Below are positions 33,042 to 43,600 of a DNA stretch of 64,000 bases, piece after piece. Positions within the stretch are counted from its first letter, which is position 1; every line of letters begins with the position of its first letter. Both the position numbers and the translations under genes were made by a program. The DNA is from an uncultured Planctomycetota bacterium. Its GTDB lineage: Bacteria; Planctomycetota; Planctomycetia; Gemmatales; Gemmataceae. The DNA lies in the NCBI GenBank assembly GCA_963849325.1, contig CAWKHF010000010.1, forward strand, positions 384,001-448,000, written 5' to 3'. The notes below the pieces were generated by a model, which searched no databases, had not been told where the DNA came from, and worked only from the letters and a program-made list of their open reading frames with translations.

Positions 33042-34258
33042 TCGCTTCCGTAGACACCCTCGCCTCGGGACTCACCGCCTTCGTGCTGCGCGATGCCGCG
33101 ACCCTGGCCGAGCTGCGCGACGAATGGGCGGCGCTCCAACAGCGCAGCTCGGCCAACGAGCCGATGCTGAGTCCGACCTGGCTGTTGACCTGGTGGCGCG
33201 TCTTCGGGGGCCTGGACGGCCGGCAGTTGCGAGTCATCCTCTTCCGGCGCGGGGAGCGGCTGGTCGGATTGGCGCCGCTGCTGTTGCGGCGAGTGTGGCA
33301 TCACGGCCTGGTCCCCTTGCGTCGTCTCGAACCGCTCGGGACGGGAGAAGCGGAGGAGGACTCTATCTGCCCCGACTATCTGAATGTCATCGCGGAGCGT
33401 GGCGCCGAGGAAGCGATTGCCTCGGCGCTGGCCTACCTCCTTGCCGGCGGCACGGCGGGAGCCTGGGACGAACTGGTGATCCCGAAGATGGATGGCGAGG
33501 GCGTCCTGACGTCCCTGCTGGCCAGCGCCTTCACGCGCGCCGGTTGCCCCGCCGCCGTCACCGTTACGGACGCCGCTCCGTTCATCGCATTGCCGACGAC
33601 CTGGGAAGCGTACTTGAAAGCGCTGTCGCCATCGCGTCGCTATTACGTCAACCGCTCGCTGCGCGATTTCGACAAGTGGTGCGGAGGGTCCGTTGAGGTC
33701 CGCTGTGCGGCTTCGCCCGCGGAACTGGAGGAAGGTCGCCGCGTCCTGGTGGCGTTGCATCAAGAGCGCTGGACCAGCGCCGAGCGATCGGGGGTGTTCG
33801 CCTCGCCGCGCTTCGCCGCCTTCCACGAGACGATCCAGTCCGAATGGCTGGAGAACGGCAACCTCGAATTGTTATGGCTGTGTGCGCGGGGCGAGCCGGT
33901 CGCCGCGGTTTACAACATCATCTGGGAGGGGAAGGTTTATTTCTACCAGAGCGGGCGAAAGATGGATGTGCCCGACGGCGTTCGGCCGGGCGTGGTCCTG
34001 CATGCGCACGCCATCCGCCGAGCCATCGAGCGCGACCGGCGCGAGTATGATTTTCTGGCAGGCGCGACGCGGTACAAGACGCAGCTGGCCCTCGCCAGCC
34101 GGCCGCTCGTCCAGCTGCGGGCGGTGCGTCCGTCGCTGCGCGAATGGGCGCAGCGAGCCGTCGAGGGCGGCGTCGCCGGCGCCAGGATGGTCCGCAATCG
34201 CATCCGAGGCGCAATCGGGCCGAGTGTCCCGCCATACCCTCGACCGGCGGACGAGTGA
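33038..34258 (+). CDS. GNAT acetyltransferase-like protein (CelD/BcsL type)
   Basis: PTWLLTWW, PTTWEAYL, YFYQSG and YDFLAG..RYK. Confidence 0.88.
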   Translation: MIASVDTLASGLTAFVLRDAATLAELRDEWAALQQRSSANEPMLSPTWLLTWWRVFGGLDGRQLRVILFRRGERLVGLAPLLLRRVWHHGLVPLRRLEPLGTGEAEEDSICPDYLNVIAERGAEEAIASALAYLLAGGTAGAWDELVIPKMDGEGVLTSLLASAFTRAGCPAAVTVTDAAPFIALPTTWEAYLKALSPSRRYYVNRSLRDFDKWCGGSVEVRCAASPAELEEGRRVLVALHQERWTSAERSGVFASPRFAAFHETIQSEWLENGNLELLWLCARGEPVAAVYNIIWEGKVYFYQSGRKMDVPDGVRPGVVLHAHAIRRAIERDRREYDFLAGATRYKTQLALASRPLVQLRAVRPSLREWAQRAVEGGVAGARMVRNRIRGAIGPSVPPYPRPADE

Positions 34259-34305
34259 GTCGAGGGAGGAAGTTGCTCACCTCCAGCTGATCAATCCTTG
34301 ATCGG

Positions 34306-34368
34306 CTATTCATTCGGAGACTCGGCCGGCGGCAGATCCCAAAGGCGGATGGTGAAGTCCTCGCCCGC
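34306..34368 (-). pseudogene. C-terminal relic of a WD40-repeat protein
   Basis: Translates as AGEDFTIRLWDLPPAESPNE*. Confidence 0.55.
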
Positions 34369-34377
34369 CTGGTTATT

Positions 34378-35329
34378 CTACTCGAACAACTTGCTGACCG
34401 ACTCGTTGAGGTGGATGCGCTTGATGGCGTCGGCCAGCAGCCGCGACACGCTCAGAATGGTCAGGTTGGCGAGCTGCTTGTTCGGCGGCACCGGAATGCT
34501 GTCGGTGACGACGATCTGGCGGATCGGCGCGTCGCGCAGTCGTTCGATCGCCGGGCCGCACAGCACGGCGTGCGTGGCGCAGGCGTAGACCTCGCGCGCC
34601 CCGTTGCGCTTGGCCACGTGGGCGGCGCCGACGACGCTGCCGGCCGTCGAGATCATGTCGTCGAAGATCACCGCCACCTTGCCTTCCAGCGAGCTGCCGA
34701 TCAGGTTGGCCTGCTTCGTCTCGGTGGCGCTGGCGCGGCGCTTATCGACGATGGCGATGGCGCCGCCGAGCTTCTTCTGGTGCAGCAGCGCCTTCTTGAT
34801 GCTGCCCTCGTCCGGGCTGAGGACGACGAGGTCGCTGGTCGGGATGTTCAGCGAGCGGATGTACTCGTTGATGACCGGGCCGGCGTGCAGGTGATCGACG
34901 GGGATGTCGAAGAAGCCCTGGATCTGGGCGGCGTGCAGGTCGAGGGCGAGCACGCGATCGGCGCCGGCGGAGGTGAGCAGGTCGGCGACCAGCTTGGCCG
35001 TGATCGGCACGCGGCCCACGTCCTTGCGGTCCTGGCGGGCGTAGCCGTAGTAGGGCAGCACGGCCGTGATGCGCGCGGCGCTGGCCCGCTTGAAGCTGTC
35101 GAGCATGACCAGCAGTTCCATCAGGTTCTCGTTGACCGGCGGGCAGGTCGGCTGCACGAGAAAGACGTCGCGGCCGCGCACGTCTTCGTCGATGCGCACC
35201 AGGTTCTCGCCGTCGGGGAAGTTGTCCAGGGTGATCCGGCCCGAGCGCGTCGCCGAGGTGGCGGGCGATCTTCTCGGCCAGGGCGATGTTGGCCCGGCCG
35301 CTGAAGACTTTCAATCGGTGGTTGTTCAT
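34378..35329 (-). CDS. prs: Ribose-phosphate pyrophosphokinase, frameshift near 35240
   Basis: LKVFSGRAN, PYYGYARQDRK, DLHAAQIQGFF and DDMISTAGS. Confidence 0.96.
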
Positions 35330-35459
35330 GGTCCGTTGCACTTGAGTTGACCTCACCGGCCGCCGCACTCGGCGCTCCTCTCTGACAGGATACGCATTCG
35401 GAAGACGGAGGGAAGCGACGGTCCCCGGCAGCGGAAAACGAGACGCTTGCGGCCGGGCG

Positions 35460-36641
35460 TCACTCTTCCTTCGATTCGGCCATCTCGGTCCCGGGAGGAG
35501 GCGTCGCCTCCGCGAAACGGGCCAGTCCGAACGGCGTCAGTTCCAGGTCGCCCGCCGTGTTGTCCACGATCCATTGAGTCAGGACCTGGCCGGCCAGGGG
35601 CGACGAGCAGGAAGTTGTCGCCGCCGAAGCCGGCGGCGCAGTAGGCGCCCTCCAGGCCGGGCAGGCTGTCGAGAATGGGTCGGCCATCCGGCGTGAGGTC
35701 GGTCAAGAGAGCATAGCCGCCGCGACCGAAGCCGCAGTGCATGGCCGGATAGCGGCGGATCAGACGCTGGCGGATGGCCGACAGCCAATCGCCGTCGGCG
35801 GCCTCGTTGTAGGAGTCGGGATCGAGCAACGGCTCGGTCGGCGGCGTTGCCAGGTCGCCGGCGTGGATGAGATCGCCCTGGGCCGGCCGCAGATACAGCC
35901 CCTGCACGAAGTCGGCGATGACGACGCCGCGCCGGCCGCTGTCGGCGGGACGGCGAAACAGCGCCACACTGGCGCGGGCCGGCCGCACCGGCAGATCGAT
36001 CCGTACCGTAGCCGGCAGCCGCGCCGCCCAGGCGCCCGTGGCCAGCACCAGCCGGCCGCAGTCATATGGCCCTTCGTTGGTCTCGACGCCCACGACCCGT
36101 CCCTTGTCGGCGCGGACGCCGCGGACCTCGACGCCCTGGCGGAGGTCGGCGCCCTCGCGCGCGCCGCCTCGGCGAAGGACGCCACCACCTGTACCGCCTC
36201 GACGTAGCCCGCCGCTCGCTCGAACAACGCCGCCTCATCGTCGGCCAGGCGAGCGTTGGGGTCCACCTCCATCAGTTCCTGCGGCGAGATCAGCCGGACG
36301 TCGATGCCTATCTCGCGCTGCCGCTCCAGGTGGTCGCCCAGTTCGGCGCGCTCGGCCTGGGAGACCAGCTGGACCATGCCGGTACGCCAGAATACGGGCG
36401 GTCCACCGATCAGGTCGGCGAAATGCTCGAAGACGGGCATGCCGCGGCGGGCCAGGTTGGCCGTCAAGGGGTCGCGGTGGGCCTGGTGGATCAGGGCGGC
36501 CGACTTGCCGCTGCCGCCGGCGCCGAGGAAGGCTTTTTCGACCAGCACGACGCGGCCGGGCCGGCGCTGGGCCAGATGGAAGGCGATGCTGACGCCGAGA
36601 ACGCCACCACCGACAATGAGGATGTCACAGGTATGAGACAT
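35460..36641 (-). CDS. FAD-dependent oxidoreductase (DAO/sarcosine oxidase beta-like), two frameshifts
   Basis: IVGGGVLGVSIAFHL, LVLATGAW and TPDGRPI. Confidence 0.85.
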
Positions 36642-36763
36642 CGCCGGCTCCTCACCCGTAGGCGGCCCTCGCCAGCGTCAAGGGGGAGCGAGGGCGTCCT
36701 GATAACGGTAGCAAATCCGCGGCCGGGACGGTAGCCGGATTGACGGGACACGAGACCGGAGCG

Positions 36764-37543
36764 TCAGGACGTGAAAAACTCCGCGAAGCGTTCCTTGAAG
36801 GCTTTCAAACCGAGGTGGAAGACCCAGGCGTCGATGCCGACGGACAACATGCGACAGCCCAGCTCGACGCAACGGCGCGCGTGGGCGGCATCGCGCGGCA
36901 GGATGGCCCAGGGGATGCGGTTGGCACGGCAGGCGCGGGCGACTCGCTCGACGGCCTGCCACATGCGCGGATGGTCCCACTCGCCGGGCAGGCCCATCGA
37001 TTGGCTGAGGTCCGCCGGGCCGATGAACAGGAAATCGAGGTCGGCGATGGCGGCGATCTTCTCGACCTCCTCGACGGCGTCCACGTGTTCGATCTGCACG
37101 CCGACGATGCTCTCGGCGTTGGCGCGGCGGAAATACTCGGCGGCGGGCATCAGGCCGTAATGGCCGTCGGCGCCGGTGCCGTTGACGCCGCGCAGGCCGC
37201 GCGGATGAAACTTGGCCCAGTTCATCAGTTCCTCGACCTGGCGCACGCTGCGCACCATGGCCGCCATGACGCCGCCGGCGCCCGCTTCGAGCGGGCGCAT
37301 GACGGTGGCGTAATCGGTTGCGGTCAGGCGGACGAAGTTGTCCAGGCCGCAGCCACGCGCGGCGCGAGCCGCCTCCTCGATCTGCGGCATCGTCAGGCCG
37401 ACGTGCTCCTGATCGAACCAAACCGCGTCGAAGCCCCCCTGCCAGGCGACCATCTCGACCAGCTTGGGATTGCAGAGCTGGCCCAGCGCGAAGACCTTGA
37501 TGACGCGCTCTCCAGCCAGCAACGATTTCAGATGGGCCCCCAT
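36764..37543 (-). CDS. HpcH/HpaI aldolase family protein
   Basis: WFDQEH, KFHPRGLRG, VQIE and FIGPADLS. Confidence 0.92.
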   Translation of the reverse strand: MGAHLKSLLAGERVIKVFALGQLCNPKLVEMVAWQGGFDAVWFDQEHVGLTMPQIEEAARAARGCGLDNFVRLTATDYATVMRPLEAGAGGVMAAMVRSVRQVEELMNWAKFHPRGLRGVNGTGADGHYGLMPAAEYFRRANAESIVGVQIEHVDAVEEVEKIAAIADLDFLFIGPADLSQSMGLPGEWDHPRMWQAVERVARACRANRIPWAILPRDAAHARRCVELGCRMLSVGIDAWVFHLGLKAFKERFAEFFTS

Positions 37544-37595
37544 GTTTATCCTTTCAACAAGCCGCTTGCGGCCTAGCGCGAAAGAGGAGTATTTG

Positions 37596-37650
37596 TCCGA
37601 GCCTGAAGCGTCAGCGAAGAGCATCCCTTCGCTTACGCTTCAGGCTCGGA
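37596..37650. repeat. REP doublet containing the stop codon of the upstream gene
   Basis: TCCGAGCCTGAAGCGTCAGCGAAG...CTTCGCTTACGCTTCAGGCTCGGA. Confidence 0.93.
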
Positions 37651-39849
37651 GTCCGGCTGGATGAGCAAGCGTCGGAACTCGCGCACGCGCTCCACGTCCA
37701 GCCCCTCCGGTTGATGCTCCAGCAGCCAGTCCACGTCTTGCAGTGCTCCCGGACGATCGCCGGCCTGATAACGCAGCCCCGCCCTCAGTCCGCGTTCCGC
37801 CGCTGCCTCGGGGTCCACCGTGACGATGGCGTTGACGTAGCGGAGCATACCGTCGCTGTCTTTTTCGTCGCGGGCCACGTTGAGCAAGTTGTGCAGCATG
37901 CGGACGATGATGGCGCGTTTGCGGATCGCCGCCAGGTGCTCGTCGCGCAAACGGCGGCCGGTGATGTCGAGTACCTTCCGCGCCGCCTCGTCACGGCTAA
38001 GTGTTTGTCCGCCCTCGTACACATCGATCAGCCGCGCCTCCCCTTTGGCCGGAACTTGCCGGACGACGAAATGACCGGGCAGGCCCACGCCCTCCAGCCG
38101 CACGCCCAGCCGGCGTCCCAGCTCGCTATACAGCACCGACAGGGTGATGGGCAGACCTTCGCGGTCGTCGATCACCTCGGAGAGATAGCTGTTGGAGCGA
38201 TTGTAGTAATCGCCGCGGCTGCCGTGGAAGCCGCGCTCCTGGAACAAATACTTGTTCAAGGCGGCGAGACGGGCGGCATCGTCGGCGCCCTTCGGCAGAC
38301 GCGCGGCGATCGTGTCGGCCATGCGCTCGACCTCGTGGCGGTAGGCGTCCACGTCCACGTCCTCGTTGTCCAGGCGAGCGATCAGCAGCGCGGCGTATAG
38401 CAGATCGATGTTTTCTTCCTTGCCGTGCAGCACGCGCACCAACTCCGCCAGAACATTGTGCTGATGCACGGCCGCGGACAGCTGCCGCAAGCGAGCGGCT
38501 TGTTGCTCCAGCTCGCGCGCCCGTTCACGAAGCATCTTCATGCCAGCCGGCCCAGCCGGGGCCAGACGCTGAACCATCTCCGAACCAGGCTTTGTTGTCG
38601 CCGGTAAGGCGTCGAGCGTTTGGCCGATTCGGGCCACGTCCGCAGCGGAAGCCTTCAGAGAGGGAACCTCTTTCGCCATGCGGAACTGTTTGAATTCGGC
38701 GACGGTATCGCGGAACTTCGCCAGGCCGACGCGCCCCTTCGTGTAGACGTCGTCGGTCGATTCGAGGACAGGCTGGTCGTTGACAAAGCAGCGGATACGG
38801 TCTTTCTCTAGTCGCACCTTGAGCGTGTTCCACTCCCCGCGACGATAGTGCGGGCTGGCCTTTTCTTCCAGCACCTTCCAGGTGAACACGTCCGGCCCAT
38901 CGAAACGGGTCAGGCGCAGCCGGCCGTTGGAGGGGTAGAAACCGTAATGCGCATCGCCTCCGTCGGAGTGAAAGATCAGGCCGGCGGCGCCGCTCTCGTC
39001 GCCGAGTTTCACGGCGACGGCGATCTCGTAGGGCAGAGGAGGCGGTTCGCGGCGCGACAGGCAGAGCGTCCGACCGCCGAAGCCCGTTCCCATCCCCTCG
39101 GCGATGATGCGGCCGGCACGCTGCCGCCATCGGCCGCCGAGCTTCGGCTGCCAGTCCGCGCCATCGAGGGCGCCGATGGTGAGCCAGGCCGACATCGGCA
39201 CCGGGTTGGGCTTTTTCAGCAGCGGCTTGAGCGTATTGATGGCGACAGCGAAACCGAGGTTGGGCGTCACCAGCGATTTGATGGTGAGGATGCCGTGGAC
39301 GCGGCCGTGCATGTCGAGCAAGGGTCCGCCGCTGTTGCCCGGCTCGATGGGGATGGCGACCTGGATCATCGGCCGGCCGTCAATGCGGCGCTGTCCCGAC
39401 ACCACCCCAGCGACGACACTGTGGGTCAGCCCCTGCGGGTTACCTATCGCCAGCACGGCTTGCCCGTCCTTCAAAGTCGCCGAGTCGCCCAGCTCCAGCG
39501 GCGTTAGCCCCTTGGCGTCGATGCGAAGGATGGCGAGATCGAGCTTGCGGTCGGCAGCGTGAATGGCCGTCACGTCATGGCGCTTGCCGTCGGCGGTTTC
39601 GACGCGGAGGGGCCGGCCCTCGCCGATGACGTGGCGATTGGTGGCGATCAGGCCGTCGGCCGACACCACGAAGCCGGTCCCCAATCCCTCGCGCTTGCCG
39701 TCCCGGCCCTGCACCGTGATGACGACGACGGAGGGACGGACCTTTTTCGCTAGTTCCTCGATGCCCGCGGTTTTCGCCGTCTCGGCAGCCCGCGGGAGCG
39801 GAGCACCAAACACGGCGAGGACGAAAAGAGAGCAGAGCCAGCGCGACAT
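37633..39849 (-). CDS. Secreted trypsin-like protease fused to DUF1080-like and SirB1/Transglut_core2 domains
   Basis: ATNRHV, DLAIL and GNSGGP triad; WNTLKVR; NSYLSEVIDDREGLPITLS...GLPGHFVV. Confidence 0.85.
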   Translation of the reverse strand: MSRWLCSLFVLAVFGAPLPRAAETAKTAGIEELAKKVRPSVVVITVQGRDGKREGLGTGFVVSADGLIATNRHVIGEGRPLRVETADGKRHDVTAIHAADRKLDLAILRIDAKGLTPLELGDSATLKDGQAVLAIGNPQGLTHSVVAGVVSGQRRIDGRPMIQVAIPIEPGNSGGPLLDMHGRVHGILTIKSLVTPNLGFAVAINTLKPLLKKPNPVPMSAWLTIGALDGADWQPKLGGRWRQRAGRIIAEGMGTGFGGRTLCLSRREPPPLPYEIAVAVKLGDESGAAGLIFHSDGGDAHYGFYPSNGRLRLTRFDGPDVFTWKVLEEKASPHYRRGEWNTLKVRLEKDRIRCFVNDQPVLESTDDVYTKGRVGLAKFRDTVAEFKQFRMAKEVPSLKASAADVARIGQTLDALPATTKPGSEMVQRLAPAGPAGMKMLRERARELEQQAARLRQLSAAVHQHNVLAELVRVLHGKEENIDLLYAALLIARLDNEDVDVDAYRHEVERMADTIAARLPKGADDAARLAALNKYLFQERGFHGSRGDYYNRSNSYLSEVIDDREGLPITLSVLYSELGRRLGVRLEGVGLPGHFVVRQVPAKGEARLIDVYEGGQTLSRDEAARKVLDITGRRLRDEHLAAIRKRAIIVRMLHNLLNVARDEKDSDGMLRYVNAIVTVDPEAAAERGLRAGLRYQAGDRPGALQDVDWLLEHQPEGLDVERVREFRRLLIQPDSEPEA

Positions 39850-39936
39850 GGGACGATTCCCCTGAGTTCCAGGTGAGCAATCCAGGTAGGCTACGTCTAT
39901 TGTGCGGGAACGGCGGGGAAAATGCCACTGTTGAAG

Positions 39937-40004
39937 GCTTCTTTCGGAGCCTGAAGCGTAAGCGAAGAGCACTCTTCGCTTACGCTTCAGGCTCCGAAAG
40001 AAGC
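39937..40004. repeat. REP doublet
   Basis: GCTTCTTTCGGAGCCTGAAGCGTAAGCGAAGAG followed by its reverse complement. Confidence 0.95.
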
Positions 40005-40019
40005 TCGCTTGTTCGGGCA

Positions 40020-41315
40020 CTAGCCCCGCGCCCAGGCCGGCGGCTCGCGGAGTCGGTAGAGCATCTCTCCCGCCTTGGGCACGAAGAGAATGCCTTCCTC
40101 CTCGCGGTCCTGGTAGTCCGCGACCCGGATAGACAAAGGATCGCGGTAGCCGAGGTTGACGGCCCGGCAGACGGTTTCGGGAATCTGTGTTGCCAGCGTC
40201 ACCTGAATGCGCGGCTGCTCGACGCCGTTGTCATAAGTGCCGATGCCGCGAACGTGCGTCGAATGCGCCAGGATGCCCCACGGCTCGCCCTGGAAGCGCT
40301 CCCACTGGCCCAGGAAGTAATCGCGCGTGTGGTAGCCGATGCGCTCGATGAGACGGCCATGCGTCCGGGAAATGTCGCGGATGTGCGGGGCGTAAATAAT
40401 CAATTCCCCGCCGTCGGCGACTACCGGCTCCAGCTTGTACATGCACTTGCCGCCCACCCAGACCTCGTCGTACATCGGCGGCGCACACGAGAGGACGGTG
40501 TGAAAAGGGCGGTCCTTGTAAACGACGTGTAGTTTGTCGCTGAGGTCGGCGGCCTTCGACCACGCCGACTCGGGCGTGCCGGCGTACAGGCCGGCCAGCT
40601 CTCCTTCGTGGACGACCATGCAGAAGGCGAGTTTCGGGACGGGCACTAGAGCGGCGGCGCGGTTCACGACGCGGCGCACCGGCGTATTCTTGTTGCCGAT
40701 GATCTTCGGATTGGTGATGACCGCCCCCAGCCAGTGAAAGAAGTTGAGGACTTCGGGTCCGCTGATGCCGGGGAAAAGGTACTTGTTCCCTCCGGAAAAT
40801 CCGACTACCTCATGGGGGAAGACGGGGCCGACAATGATGAGCTGATCGTAGTCCAGGATGGCGCGGTTGATGGAAACGTCCACGTTCATCTCGAACAGGC
40901 CGCCGGACAGCGCGGCGATCTCCGCCGCTGGGATGGTGCCGAGGTGGATCAGGGCGGCGCGGTCGTCCCAGTCGTGGTTGAGCATCCGCACTCGGCCGTA
41001 CCTGGCTGCCCGCTCCTCGGGAGTGATTTCCAGGCGCCGATTGATCGCTTCGTCGCTCATCGGCGGATGCGTGCCCAGGGCGATCAGCACGTCGAGGCTG
41101 CGGGTCTCCGCGCCGAGGAGGTCGTGCAAGACGCGGAAGAGCAGGCCGACCGGCGCCGTTCGCGTCGCATCGGGCACGATCAGCAGCACGCGCTTGCCGG
41201 CGAGGTTGCAGGAAGACAGCGCCTGCGCCGCGATGTCGCGCACTTGCCGCTCACTCAGGGGAGGAGCGGCGGCCCCGGTCGTCTCGCCGGGCCGCTTCGA
41301 GGTCATCACCGCCAT
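40020..41315 (-). CDS. LarA-family (DUF2088) nickel-pincer racemase/epimerase
   Basis: IVPDATRT, IALGTHPPM, NHDW and PHEVVGFSGGNKYLFPG. Confidence 0.9.
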   Translation of the reverse strand: MAVMTSKRPGETTGAAAPPLSERQVRDIAAQALSSCNLAGKRVLLIVPDATRTAPVGLLFRVLHDLLGAETRSLDVLIALGTHPPMSDEAINRRLEITPEERAARYGRVRMLNHDWDDRAALIHLGTIPAAEIAALSGGLFEMNVDVSINRAILDYDQLIIVGPVFPHEVVGFSGGNKYLFPGISGPEVLNFFHWLGAVITNPKIIGNKNTPVRRVVNRAAALVPVPKLAFCMVVHEGELAGLYAGTPESAWSKAADLSDKLHVVYKDRPFHTVLSCAPPMYDEVWVGGKCMYKLEPVVADGGELIIYAPHIRDISRTHGRLIERIGYHTRDYFLGQWERFQGEPWGILAHSTHVRGIGTYDNGVEQPRIQVTLATQIPETVCRAVNLGYRDPLSIRVADYQDREEEGILFVPKAGEMLYRLREPPAWARG

Positions 41316-41328
41316 CGCACTGCCCTCT

Positions 41329-42141
41329 CTAGATGGTCATGGACGAGAAGCCGCCGTCCACGACGATGTTCTGGCCGGTGACGAAGGAGGAGGCGCGGGG
41401 CGAGGCCAGCCAGATGACCGCGCCGGCCAATTCGTGCGCCTCGCCGAAGCGGGCCATCGGCGTATGGCCGACGATCTGCCGGCCGCGCTCGGTGTAGGTG
41501 CCGTCCGGCTGCATGAGCATGGCCCGGTTCTGCTCGGCGGGAAAGAAGCCGGGGCTGATAGCGTTGACGCGGACGCCTCGCGTCGCCCATTCGCGCGCCA
41601 GAAACTTTGTCAAGTTGAGCACTGCCGCTTTCGACGCCGAGTAAGCGACCACGCGCGACAGCGGCAGGATGGACGCCATGGAGGCGATGTTGATGATGCT
41701 GCCCCGTCCGGCCGCGACCATCCCTTCGCCGAAGACCTGCGACGGCAGTAGGGTGCCGCCCACGAGGTTCAGGTCGAAGACGCCCTGCCACGCCTCCAGC
41801 GGCAGCTTGCAGAAATCGCCTCCGGGCGGCAGCGTCGCTTCCGCCCGGTTGCCGCCGGCGCCGTTGATGAGCACTGTGACCTTGCCCCATTGGCCCAGGA
41901 TGGCGTCGCGGGCACGCATCAGGGAATCGCGGCTGCCGGCGTCGGCCGTCTGGAAGATGGCGCGGCCGCCGGCCGCCTCGATGCGGCGCACCCGTTCTCG
42001 CCCGCGCTCCTCATTGCGACCGACGACGGCCACGCGCGCGCCGGCGCCGGCCAGCGCCTCGGCCATCGCGCCGCCGAGGACGCCGGTGCCGCCAAGGACA
42101 ACCGCCGTCTCCTCCTCCAGATTAAAAAGATCGTTTTTCAT
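41329..42141 (-). CDS. SDR oxidoreductase, D-mannonate oxidoreductase (fructuronate reductase)-like
   Basis: GGTGVLG, LINGAGGN, YSASK and PGFFPAEQNR; adjacent to uxaE. Confidence 0.85.
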   Translation of the reverse strand: MKNDLFNLEEETAVVLGGTGVLGGAMAEALAGAGARVAVVGRNEERGRERVRRIEAAGGRAIFQTADAGSRDSLMRARDAILGQWGKVTVLINGAGGNRAEATLPPGGDFCKLPLEAWQGVFDLNLVGGTLLPSQVFGEGMVAAGRGSIINIASMASILPLSRVVAYSASKAAVLNLTKFLAREWATRGVRVNAISPGFFPAEQNRAMLMQPDGTYTERGRQIVGHTPMARFGEAHELAGAVIWLASPRASSFVTGQNIVVDGGFSSMTI

Positions 42142-42145
42142 GGAA

Positions 42146-43419
42146 TTAGTCTCTCCGGACGGCTCGGCGCCCCTGGACGAACAGCGGTTGCAGGTGACGG
42201 ACAAAGAGGTTCTCCGTGACGTTTTTCGTAATCGTGCCCTCGCAGGCCGCGAGCATCTTCCGATAGCGCTGGCCCATCTGGGCGGCGATCTTGTAGCCGA
42301 CGTGGATCAACTGGCGCAGATGGGGGTTGAAGGCTGGGCAGCGCGGATCGTGACGCAGCGCCGCTACGAACTGCTCGGCCGACCAGCCTCGGACCTCGCC
42401 CTCGGAAGGGAGCCGGGCTGGATCGATGTCGATCACCGCCGCGTAAGGCTCGCACAGGGCTTCGCGCTTTGTCAGCGCCTTGCCGTAAATCTCCTTGGCC
42501 AGCTCAAGCCCCTCGCCGCCCGCCTCGGCCAAGCCAATGACTTCTTCCAGCCAGGTCGTGCCGGCGGTCTTCAGATGGACACCCGCATCCAGATTGGCCA
42601 GCGTCCGCCGGATCGGCGCGTACAACGAGAACTTGTCGCTGCCGGAATGGACGCTCAACTTGAGGTTCTCCGGCAGCCCGTAACGGCGGACGGCGAAGGC
42701 GATGACCGCGACGTCCTGGCGAAACTCTTGCTCGAACTGGTCCAGGTCACCAACGTAGTCCACGCCCTTGTTGAACCGTCCGGTGAACTTCGGCGCGATC
42801 GTCTGAACGGGAATGCCCTCGTCGGCGAGAGCGGCGAGGATGACCAGCAGCTCCGGCGGCGTCTGCGGACTGTCGGTCTCATCCATCGAGACCTCGGTGA
42901 TGAAGCGACCCTCGCCCTTGGCCGCGGCGATCTTACGGTAAATGCGGCCGGCCTCCTGGACCGCCAGCAGATACTTCCCGGCGATCCGTTCGACATCCGC
43001 CCGCGTCGTCGCAAACGGCTTGTCGATCCTCGGCACCTCCAGGCGGCCGACGAGTTCCGGGTGCCGGTCGGCGAACGCCCTCACCGCGCCGGCGTCGGCG
43101 GACTGGCCGATCGCATCGGCAACGTCGAGGGTGTAGAAATCGCTGGAGGCAAGAAAACCGTCCACGGTGCCGAGGCGGATGTGGTCGGCGTCCACGTGGT
43201 AGGGCTTGTTCCATCCCAACTCGCGCACCGCCGTGTCCGCCGCCGCGCGGACGCTGCCCGGTTCCGAGCCGACGGTCGTGTGCTCCCGATGTGACTTGTT
43301 CCAGACCGGGATGACGTTCGCGCCCTGCTCGGCGGCGAGCATGCAGGCACGCAATTGCGCCGCGCCTGGTGGGCGAAGCGGTCCCCAACTCCAAAAGAGA
43401 ATTTCCCGAGTGTCAACAT
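42146..43419 (-). CDS. uxaE: Tagaturonate/fructuronate epimerase, frameshift near 43360
   Basis: [31 protein letters not shown] and [11 protein letters not shown]. Confidence 0.9.
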
Positions 43420-43600
43420 GGTTGCGCTCAACCTCGATGGAGAAGGGTCTGTCCCGGATTGCCGGTGTTCTACGCACGCCGCCGAGGGAGACAAGGCTTT
43501 TCGCCGCCGGGTTACTTTTCCTTTTCCGTCTCGACCCGGCGTTGCTAGGATAACTTCGCACCGGCGCTTCATTTCATCCTGGCGAGGAAAGGGGGAGAAC

